DNA from: Endomicrobiaceae bacterium
GTDB lineage: Bacteria > Elusimicrobiota > Endomicrobiia > Endomicrobiales > Endomicrobiaceae
Length of the DNA: 64,000 bases
Assembly (NCBI GenBank): GCA_045223915.1
Contig: JBGUZU010000033.1
Coordinates: forward strand, 45,660 to 109,659
Direction: 5' to 3'
The notes beneath the pieces are model-generated. The model had not been told where the DNA came from, searched no databases, and was given only the letters and a program-made list of their open reading frames with translations. Positions 19,680 to 30,000 of the stretch are shown in pieces (position 1 is the first letter of the stretch; each line of letters starts with the position of its first letter). Made by a program: the position numbers and the translations under genes.

Positions 19680-19838
19680 TAATTGAGCTTGTGAAAAGAT
19701 GACAATCCAACAATAGAAGAATAATATGAAACTTCTAATATACTATTAACATTAAAACAAATGATAATAGAGTAGAAAAATTTTTGTTAAATAATAAATC
19801 AGTAGAAATTTTATATAAACATGCTAAAAATAAATTGA

Positions 19839-20462
19839 TTATTTAGTTTCATCAAATGGTAAAGATTTTTCGGGCCAGCCGTAATCTTTATATTTTGTTG
19901 CTGCAATTCCGTTATTTTTTACATAAGTCGCCAACCCTTCTGCTCTCAATCTTTCGCGATTCTTCTCATCGCTATTGATGATTTTAAAGGCATTGAACTT
20001 ATCACCGAAGATTTTCTTGGCTGTCGGCAAGTATCCGGAGCCATCCTCTACCTGGTCGAAGGCAGTCACTTCGAAGCCCTTTTCAGTCTGTCGGATGTGT
20101 AATAATCCGGGATGACTGCCGCCAGAGACACATTCCAACGTGTCGCCCACTAGATTGTAGTTGAAGACCCAGAAATCGCCCCATACCTTGATGTCCTCGG
20201 CATCACGCTCGTCAACTCTCACTATGCTGTGGATGGGTACGCAATGTTCACCTTTGGCATACTTACTGCCAATAGAATTAGTCAGATAGCGGTCGATGGC
20301 AGGGAAATAATTTATTTCTTCTTGAATGGTTTCAGGCTCCGATGAATCTGTTTCGGTTATGGTAACCGAATCAACTTTTTGTTCTTCAATGTTTTGTTGA
20401 TTGTTTTTGCAACCTACAAATATTATTGTTAAAAATAAAATACTTAAAAAAACTTTTTTCAT
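19839..20462 (-). CDS. lipoprotein of unknown function, compositionally foreign
   Basis: MKKVFLSILFLTIIFVGC lipobox. The ATG at 20462 follows AAGGAGA. The mature-domain DNA is far more G+C-rich than its surroundings. Confidence 0.7.
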   Translation of the reverse strand: MKKVFLSILFLTIIFVGCKNNQQNIEEQKVDSVTITETDSSEPETIQEEINYFPAIDRYLTNSIGSKYAKGEHCVPIHSIVRVDERDAEDIKVWGDFWVFNYNLVGDTLECVSGGSHPGLLHIRQTEKGFEVTAFDQVEDGSGYLPTAKKIFGDKFNAFKIINSDEKNRERLRAEGLATYVKNNGIAATKYKDYGWPEKSLPFDETK

Positions 20463-20481
20463 AAATTTCTCCTTATAAAAC

Positions 20482-21726
20482 TCAACCAATCTTTTTCGTG
20501 TAATCGTATTTAGACATTTTGTAACTAAACAAACAACTTATTATAAAAACCGTAACACCTAAAAAAACAAAAGTGTTTGATATTCCTATTTTTTGTGCAA
20601 CAGAACCTGTAAAAAAACTGCTTAACGAAAATGTTCCTAAAAAGCATAAAGCATTTAAACTTATTATTCTTCCCCTTTTTTCATCTGCAACGGCAGTTTG
20701 TACCAACACATTTTGCGGTGTTATAAAAAATGTTGAACCTACCCCCAAAAAGAACATTGCTATCAAAACAAAATAGTGGTTGGAATTTAGTCCGGTAAAA
20801 ATAAAAGCGGAACTTACAAATATACAACCTGTAAAAAGCATTCTTCGTAACCCTTTAACCGACATTTTAGATGCAATAAGTAAAGAAGCAGTAAGTGAAC
20901 CTACACCTGTTGCACCGAGCAAATATCCCAAAATATCCGCTTTTGAAACAAGAACATCCGCAGTATATATAGGTAAAAGCATAGGATAACTCATAACCAA
21001 AAAACTAAACAGAAAAAGGTATACTTGTGCCGTTATTATCGGAGAATTTTTTATTGAATATAAAAATCCTTCTTTAATCGAACTAAATATGTTTTCTTTT
21101 TGTATTTCTTTATTTTTAAAATCTTTTATTTTCATTGCTTTTATTAGAAAGAAAGTAGGAACCAAAACCAAGAAGTTTAAAAGAAAACAATATTTTGCAC
21201 CCAAATAACCGATAATAAGTCCGCCTATAGCAGGACCTATAAACCTTGCAAGATTAAAACAAGAAGCATTTAACGAAATTGCATTACCTAAATCTTTCGG
21301 ATCATCCACCAAAAGAACAAAACTCGATTGTCTTACCGGTGCATCAATGGCTGCAACCGTATTTAAAAATACACCTAAAATTACTATAAGATAAAGGTTT
21401 AATAATCCGGAAAAAGCAACAAATGTCATTAAAAATGTTTGTAGTATATATAAAGATTGAACAATGATTAACAGTTTGTGTCTGTTATATTTATCTACAA
21501 CCGCACCTGTAAAAGGGGATAAAATAAATAACGGTGCAGTACTTATAAAAGTTAAACTGCCCATAGTAAAAGCAGATTTTGTTATATCGTAAACAAGCCA
21601 ACTTATGGCAACATTCTGTATCCATAACCCTATCTGTGTTATTGCAAGTGAAGGGAAAAACAGTCTGAAATTTCTGTATTTAAATCCCCTAAAAATATTT
21701 TTTAGTCTATTCATTTTTATTTTCAT
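20482..21726 (-). CDS. MFS transporter (12-TM)
   Basis: Hydrophobic throughout, with a GAVVDKYNRHK loop 2-3 motif. The start could be the internal MNRLKN at 21714. Confidence 0.75.
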   Translation of the reverse strand: MKIKMNRLKNIFRGFKYRNFRLFFPSLAITQIGLWIQNVAISWLVYDITKSAFTMGSLTFISTAPLFILSPFTGAVVDKYNRHKLLIIVQSLYILQTFLMTFVAFSGLLNLYLIVILGVFLNTVAAIDAPVRQSSFVLLVDDPKDLGNAISLNASCFNLARFIGPAIGGLIIGYLGAKYCFLLNFLVLVPTFFLIKAMKIKDFKNKEIQKENIFSSIKEGFLYSIKNSPIITAQVYLFLFSFLVMSYPMLLPIYTADVLVSKADILGYLLGATGVGSLTASLLIASKMSVKGLRRMLFTGCIFVSSAFIFTGLNSNHYFVLIAMFFLGVGSTFFITPQNVLVQTAVADEKRGRIISLNALCFLGTFSLSSFFTGSVAQKIGISNTFVFLGVTVFIISCLFSYKMSKYDYTKKIG

Positions 21727-22654
21727 TCCAATGGTTAAAAATATTTGCTAAAATTGCGCCGGAAATGTTGTGCCATACCGAAAATATTGCTCCCGGAACA
21801 GTAGCCATGGCAAGAGAAGCAAACGATGTTGATGCAAGGCTTGTTGCAAGACCTGAATTTTGCATACCGATTTCGATTGAAATTGCTTTAGTTTTCGGTA
21901 TGTTAAATTTCAACATTTTCCCTAACCCAAACCCGCAAGCATAACCTAAAACATTATGTAAAATAACAACGGTAAATACTATCAGTCCCGTAGATAAAAT
22001 TTTTGATGCATTGTGCGATACAACACTTGCTACAATCATACAAATACCTATAACGGAAACCATAGGAAGAACCTTTATTGCTTTTTGAGTAAATGTTCCG
22101 AAAAATTTGTTTATAATAAAACCTAAAACTATCGGTATAATAACCACATTTATAATGGAAATAAACATTGAATAAGTATCGACATTGACGGTGGTACTTA
22201 ATAAAAGGTATGTAATTAAAGGAGTAAGAATTGGAGCAAGTATTGTGTTAACGCTTGTCATACTTACCGATAATGCAACATCCCCTTTAGAAAGATAAGT
22301 AATAACATTGCTTGATGTTCCTCCCGGACAAGCACCTACAAGAATAACACCGGTCATAAGTGCAGCATCAAGGTTAAACAGTTTACATAACATAAAAGCA
22401 ATTAACGGCATTATGGTAAACTGTGCAACACAACCTGTAATAATATCTTTCGGGCGAACAAAAACAAGCTTAAAATCTTCAAACTTTAAAGTAAGTCCCA
22501 TACCGAACATTATTATCATAAGAAGATAATTTATCCACGATAACGAAACCCATAATCCCGTTTGCGGAATAAATAAAGTTGCGGCTGTAACAACAAGAAC
22601 TATCACAGCCATATATTTACCGAATAAGTTGCTTATATTATTTAATAAATTCAT
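21707..22654 (-). CDS. bile acid:sodium symporter (BASS) family transporter
   Basis: About 315 aa with 9-10 TM. GLTLKFEDF, ACPGGTSSNV and IEIGMQNSGLA patches are typical of the BASS family. Confidence 0.75.
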   Translation of the reverse strand: MNLLNNISNLFGKYMAVIVLVVTAATLFIPQTGLWVSLSWINYLLMIIMFGMGLTLKFEDFKLVFVRPKDIITGCVAQFTIMPLIAFMLCKLFNLDAALMTGVILVGACPGGTSSNVITYLSKGDVALSVSMTSVNTILAPILTPLITYLLLSTTVNVDTYSMFISIINVVIIPIVLGFIINKFFGTFTQKAIKVLPMVSVIGICMIVASVVSHNASKILSTGLIVFTVVILHNVLGYACGFGLGKMLKFNIPKTKAISIEIGMQNSGLATSLASTSFASLAMATVPGAIFSVWHNISGAILANIFNHWNENKNE

Positions 22655-22799
22655 ATTTATCTTCCAAAATAAATTTCAATTATTGTATAAATAAATCAAA
22701 ATATTTATCAAATTTTCTTTTGCAAATAATAACTCAACTATGTTAGAATAAAATCACAACAACAAATAATTTTTTTATACAAAACCATAGGAGTGCATC

Positions 22800-23963
22800 A
22801 TGAATATCAGTGAATTAAGAAAAAATAACGAATTAGTGGATTTGTTTTGTTCTGTAGCGGAAATTCCGTCACCGTCACTAAAAGAAGAAAAAGTTATCGA
22901 ATGGATTTGCAATTATTGTAAAACAAATAATTTGCCTTGCGAGACAGACGACTATAAAAATATATACATAACAGTACCTGCAACGGATAAGAATAAAAAA
23001 CCGATTTTGTTATCAGCACATATGGATGTTGTGGGGGGTGATTCCCCTGTTGTTGCTTATTTGGACGGCGATTTAATAAAAGCCAAAGGCAGAACTCTCG
23101 GTGCAGACGATAAAGCAGGTGTTGCAAATGCATTATATTTTGCAAAAGAACTTGTAAAAAGGTCTGATATAAAACATGGCGGATTAGAACTTCATTTCAC
23201 CAGGGACGAAGAAAACGGTATGACCGGAATTGGACATACTGACTTTTCAAAAATAAATTCAAAGTATGTATTAGTCTTAGATGGTGATGTTTTGGGAGAA
23301 TGTTCGGTTGCTGGAGCCAACTATGTCCTTGTTGATTTGAAAGTAAATGCCCATAAAGGTGGACATTCCGGAAACGATATCGGAGACAACACAAGAAAAA
23401 ATGCAGCAAAATTAATTGCGGATTTGGTTTCCGATATGCCGCAAGGTGTTTTTTACAGTGAAAACGGGCAAGTCGTAACTTCTTGCAATATCGGCGGAAT
23501 TTCTTCAGGCAACTTAAATGTTACAAATGTTATAAATACGGATGCTGCAGCAACATATTCTATAAGAAGCTCAAACAAAGAAAAAGAAAATGAACTTATA
23601 CAAACCATGCAAAAAACAGTTGATGAATTTAATAAAAAATATGAAGGTATCGCAACAGCAACAATTGTGTTTAATGTAAAAATGCCGATGTTTGAAAAAA
23701 ATCAAGATGAATATATGCCGAATTTATTTTCAGAAGTGGCTAAAAAAGTCGGGATAGAACCTGAAATTTCATCGTTTCATGCAGGAGCGGAAACACATAT
23801 TTATGCCAAAAAACAAAATGCTAAAGGTGAAACTTTTTCCCCGTATTTAATAGGATTGGCAACCGTATGCAATATGCACTCCGCCAACGAATATGTTGAT
23901 TATAAAACAATGATAAAAGGACAGGAATTACTAAAAGCGTTATTTGAAGCATATAACTCATAA
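22800..23963 (+). CDS. M20-family metallopeptidase (PepT/PepD-like)
   Basis: Metal-ligand motifs SAHMDVV, GADDKAGVA and DEENGMTG. Confidence 0.7.
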   Translation: MNISELRKNNELVDLFCSVAEIPSPSLKEEKVIEWICNYCKTNNLPCETDDYKNIYITVPATDKNKKPILLSAHMDVVGGDSPVVAYLDGDLIKAKGRTLGADDKAGVANALYFAKELVKRSDIKHGGLELHFTRDEENGMTGIGHTDFSKINSKYVLVLDGDVLGECSVAGANYVLVDLKVNAHKGGHSGNDIGDNTRKNAAKLIADLVSDMPQGVFYSENGQVVTSCNIGGISSGNLNVTNVINTDAAATYSIRSSNKEKENELIQTMQKTVDEFNKKYEGIATATIVFNVKMPMFEKNQDEYMPNLFSEVAKKVGIEPEISSFHAGAETHIYAKKQNAKGETFSPYLIGLATVCNMHSANEYVDYKTMIKGQELLKALFEAYNS

Positions 23964-24095
23964 ACTTTTATAATACTAAAACTATTGAGATAAAACAGGA
24001 TATGAGTTAGAATATATGTGTAGGACGGCATTTACGGTTACAATGTCGTAGCTTTGTTGTTGTGTTGTATAAAAACAAAACTATAAAAATATAAA

Positions 24096-27000
24096 ATGCT
24101 TTTGAAAAAAACTTTGCTAAACAAGTGCATATCTGTTTTTATAACGATGGGATTAATCCTGTCGTCATCCGGTATTGGTGGCTTTGCCGCACCAACACCT
24201 GTAAATTCTGTTTATCCAACCTATGTTGAAAATGTTGTTCCTTTTAATCTCGGGAAAGTTACAAACTCCACAGATTTTTCAACATCCAAAGTTATAGTTC
24301 AAATTCAAGATTTGCACGGCGACTACCAAACACAAAAAAATATAGCTTCAATACTTTCCTATTTGGATAAGAACTATGGTATATCCAATATTTATGTTGA
24401 AGGTGCACCGCAAGGGAAACTAAGCACAAAATGGCTTGCCGATATATCCGACAATTCAACCAAAAAAGCTTTTATTGAAGCAATGATGTCCGTTGGGGAA
24501 TTGTCCGGTGCGGAATATTTTTCTGTTACCGAAGGCAAAACAGACATTTTAAAAGGTGCCGAAAATTTTAGTGCATATTCCGCAAATCTCGTAAGACTTG
24601 CGGAAATGAAAAGAAATCTGGCAATAGTAGAAGCACAACTTTTACCTTTACAAATGCAAATAGAATCTCTCGGTCAAAAAATTTACGGCAAAGATAACAA
24701 AAAAATTCTCGCATTATCTCAAAAGTATAAGAAAAACGCAATTACTACAGAAAAATATTTTAAAACTTTATTTAAGTTTGCACATAAATACGGTATAAGT
24801 ACAGACAAATATCCGCAACTTTCTTTGTTTAAACAAATTCTTTCGATAAGAAACAAAATCGATACCGATACCATCTCTAAAGAAACGGCAAATGCCGTAA
24901 ATTTACTGAAAAAAGAATTATCTTTTGCGGAATATAAAGCACTTACCGAATTATCAAAATCTCCTGAAACAAAAAAAATTTTTTATCTTGAATTAAGTAA
25001 ACATTTACAAAAAACAAAAGATTATGAAAAATTTCCGCAAATAAAACTTTTTTCCTCATATATTCTGCTCAATTCACAAACAAATCCTATTGATTTTGTT
25101 CGTCAGGAAGAAATGTTTGTAAACGAAATGAGAAACAAATCATCAAAAACTTTAAGCGAGCAAGAAGTTTTGTTTATGGAAAGATTTGTTTCGATTTTTG
25201 AATCTTTGTTACAAAACAAAATAAATTACAGAGAATATAAAAATTATAACTATGCTTTTAGTGAGTTTGAACGTATATTAAACAAATATATAGTTTCTTC
25301 TAATCTTGATGCTTTAAAAAGTTCTATAGATACGGCAGAAAAGTTCTATTCGGTAAATACCGACCGTGATGAATATTTTGTTAAATCTATCGTTATCGGA
25401 AACGATAAAAACACATCAAAAGTAAAACCCGTACGTAATAATAATGTCGAAAATATGTTAAAAACCGCTGCAAAAATAGATGTTATAATTTCCGGCGGTT
25501 TTCATACAGCAGGAATTTCAAAACTTCTTGAAGACAAAAAACAAAGTTATGTCGTTGTTACACCGGAAACAGTCGGCGCAATTTCCGAATACGATAAAGT
25601 ATACAATTCCATAATTACCCGCCAAGCATCAATGTTTGAAAGAAATGCGTTTGACTTTATTAAAAAATCCGCAGTTTTTGAAATGTCTCCGTTGTCGGTA
25701 GATCCCGTTAAAGCCGTATTTACCATAATTTTTTCCGAACAAACTTTAAGAAAGCTTCAAGCAAACAAAATGCTTGATGCAAAAATTATAGAAGATACAA
25801 TAAATTCAGGTTACGGGAAAAAAGTTGTAGAAATAGAAAATATAGAAATTAATCCGGACGCAATACAAATAAATGTTAACGGCCAAAAACTCACAATTAA
25901 AAACGGTAAAGTATTTTATGAAAACGAACCGATAGAAGAAGAAATACCTGCTTCTGTTACCGAAACAGACATTAGCGATGGTATTGCGGTTCAAAATGCA
26001 GTAATAGACTTTTTAATTTTGTCTGTAAGACACAATGTTAGTAACAGTGAAATTGATGCCGTGTTTGACACCTTAAATAAAAATTATTTGAATGAACAAA
26101 CTATAAATTTATTAAAAAACGCTGCACAAAAGTTTTCTACGGAACAAAGAAAATATATAGAAACCAAAATTGCTTTAATAGAAAATAATGAAGGTAAACC
26201 GTTACTTTCAATTTATAAATCATCTCTTGCATCAAAAATAAAATTTAAACCGTTATCTGTTGCTGTTGAAAACTTTTATTCCATTTTCATTGTGCCTTTT
26301 AAAGAACTTAATGATATGGTATCAATAGTAAGCGGTACAATGACACAGAAAGATTTTCTTGAAAAACATAAACAATATGTAAATGGTGACGATAATACAA
26401 GACTTGTTATGGAACGAGCCCTTGATTCGATAATAAAAACTACCGTTATGTTTGGTGGAAACAATATTTTAGGAAAAACCGTAAACTACGTTTTACATAT
26501 GTTTCATAATGCAAAAGCAGTAGCTTCCCGTTCGGAAATTCAATTTGCAAAAGATAAACATATAACAACCAGTATTTATGAACTGATGAAACGAAACGGG
26601 CTTGGCGCCATTTATGACGGTCAAGGTACAAATTTCGGAGTATATTCTAAAAATGCTGAAAGAATAGAATTGTGTCTTTTTGATGAGCAGGGTAATGAAA
26701 CAAGATACGAAATGACTAAAAACAAAAAAGATGTTTGGAATATTTATCTTCCTGATGTAAAACCCGGGCAAAGATACGGTTTTCGTGCATATGGCCCGTA
26801 TGAACCGCAAAACGGACATTACTTTAATCCAAACAAACTTGCTGTAGATCCTTTTTCATTCCAACAAGAGTCGCGTTTTGTTTTTGACGATTCTTTAATA
26901 GTGTGCGAAAAAGGAAATTTGTATAAACCCGATACGAGAGATTCCGCACCATTTGTTCCTAAATCTATTGTTGTGGATTTAAGAAAGTTAGACTCCGTTG

Positions 27001-30000
27001 AAACAGTAAAACCGCCTGTATTATCGGAAAGTCAAAGACCTGTTATTTATGAGTTGCATGTCGGCGGTTTTACCGCTTTAAAACAAGATTTACCGCAGGA
27101 AAAAAGAGGAAGATTGCAAGGTCTTGCCGATGATGATGTTATTGAACATCTAAAATCCATCGGAATAAATACCGTTGAAGTTCAACCGATACAGTCCGAT
27201 GCAAATGATCCTTACTCTCATGAAAGAGGTTTAAGAAACAATTCCGGTTATCAAACGGTAACCTTTTTTGCTTTAAATCCGGATTTCGGTGATCCGTCAA
27301 ATCCGCAGGAAAATTTAATAACTTTAAAAGAAACTATAGGAAAATTAAGTAAAAACGGTATCCGTTTCGGAATGGATGTTGTTGATAACCATACGGGAGA
27401 AGGCAGAGCAGAAACAGATCCTTCTTTATGCTACAGGTTGTTGGATAATTCAACTTACTACTTACTTAATCCTAACAATAAAGCCGGTTATGATGATGCT
27501 TCCGGTTGCGGAAATGCTTTCAATACAAACAACCCTGTAGTACTCAATATGATGACAAAATATAAAGAAATGTATGCTCTTATGGGTGTTCGTTTATTCA
27601 GACACGATTTGATGGCTGCAGCAGCAAGAAACGAAGAAACAAGAGAATTTGATCCTACATCCGAATATATGCAAATATTCGATAACAGTCCGATTCTTTC
27701 CGAAATAAAAGAAAAAGAAGGTATAGAAGTTGTAGCCGAAGGATATATGGCAACAGGCGGTGTAAAAGGTGTAAGGTCTTATTATACCGACGACTTCCAC
27801 AAAGATATTTTTACATGGAACAGCGGAATAAGAGAAGCAATTCGTAACTTTATAATGGGAAGGTCCGGACCGGGAGCTCTTGCTGCCGCTATTGCCAATC
27901 CAAATGAAACGGGCAGCAGAAGGCAACCTTATATTTATTATATGGGCTCACATGACGGACATCCTTATGCACAACTTTTGGCTGTTCGTGAAAAAAATAA
28001 TCTTGATAACGGTTGGAACAATAACGATGGTCCTAACGAGTATGGTATGGGGTTGGGATACGATAATGAACATATAGGTGAATATGTTGCTGCCGCTATG
28101 ACAATTTTATCTTTTTGCCAAGGGCCCGTAATGTTTTCTATGGGTGACGAATTTTTGAGAACACAGCACGGAAACAACAATCCGTATAATCAAAGTAACG
28201 AATATTTGAATATGCGTTGGGATAATCAGGCACCGTTGGCAAGGTATATGGGAGCACTTGCAAAATATCGTTTGGAACATCCTTCTCTCGACAGTTCCAT
28301 AGGGGAACCGTTTTCCGGTAAAGTTGTAAACAAATATGGAGATCAAGATATTACATGGTTGAACCCAAACGGACAAGAAGCACAATCTCAAGATTGGCAG
28401 GAACAGTATTTCGGTTTTATGATTTCGGGAGACAGGTTAAACGGTTACGGTATTTACGATGATGATACCGTTGTGCTGATGAATATGTCAAACACTCCTA
28501 TTCACTGGAAACTTCCTTCTTCACAGAAAACAGGTCCGTGGCGTGTTTATTGTTCTACGAGAGATTTGGATTTGTCGGAACAAGGAAACGAAGTTTACAA
28601 TAATGTATATGTCGTTATGCCCGGTGAGGCGGTTGTTCTGTATAAAACAGATGAACAAGAACCGGAAAGCGAAATTGAACCGTTAAAAACAGCACTTACG
28701 ATATCGTATTCAACTTTTATCGAAAATATAAAATTTGTACCTTTAAAAAATGCATTAAAAGCCATTTATTCGATTTTTGTTGCACCTTTTTCCGAGCTTA
28801 GTTATATGATGTCTATTGTAAGCGGGGCAATGACTCAAAAAGAATTTCTTGAGAAACATAAACAGTTCATAAACGGAAACGAAGATTTAAAACTTTTTAT
28901 GGAACAAAGGTTAGCATTTATAATAAAAGCTACTACTCTTGCAGGTGGCACAACTATAACGGGAAAAGTTGTAAATTATATTTTACATATGTTTAATAAT
29001 ATTGAAGCCGTTATATATTCTTTTACTGAACAAATAAAAAGTTTAATAAGAAACTTTACAATGAAAAGACAGATAAAAAAGCTTGATACAACAACCTATG
29101 TAATAAACGCATCCGAATATAACAATGTTGTTCGTCGCAGAGCAAAAGAACTTTCCGATATGGGTGTTAAAGTTGCAGTTATAGCAAACTATGTTGACGA
29201 TAACCTCTTTCCGGAAAATGTAAAACAAGACGACTCTTTAGGTTTTACAACGGCAAAAATGTCTACGGATAAAAATACAGATGTATATTTTACTTCAATA
29301 CTTTCAAATGCCGATTCTACCGATATTTTTGATGCTTTAAGTAATAACGGCAGAAACCGCATTATATTTGAGGAAAGAGTAAAAGAATCCGAACAAGGTG
29401 AAGTACTGCTCGGTAAAACTAATAACATAATTCCCGTAAATCCCGAAATGCCTGTGTTTGAAAATATTGAAATTGCATTGCAGTCCGAAAGAAGCGAGGA
29501 AAGAGTGAAAGCTATGAAAAAAAGACCAGTAAATATGGACTATGTTTTTGAAGATGAACTTTCTTCTCTTGAATCTATACAAAACAGAGTTGCCGAAACG
29601 GCATCCAAAAATTTCGATACAATAGTTGTTTCAAGCAAGCTGTCCATAGAAACATTAAGAACTTTGATTGCTGAAGCTCACAGTAAAAATATTAGAGTAA
29701 TGCTTACACATGAAATTACAAATAACGAAATGAATTCAGATGTGTCTTATTTGTTGGATAAAATGTCTTCTTCAAAATATATGCTCGATAAAAATGATTT
29801 TGTTGCGGTAGAAGGTGTAATTTTAAGGTTTGAAAAAGTTGATACAAACAATTCCGTTGCGGTGCAAAATGTTGAAACTGCAGTAAACAATATTGAAAAG
29901 GGATTGAATGTTTTGACCAGGTCGGGTTATATCGGTGTTCAACTTGATGTTGAAAATAAATTTTCGGATTTTAAGTTTAGGAATGAAGATATAGTAAACG

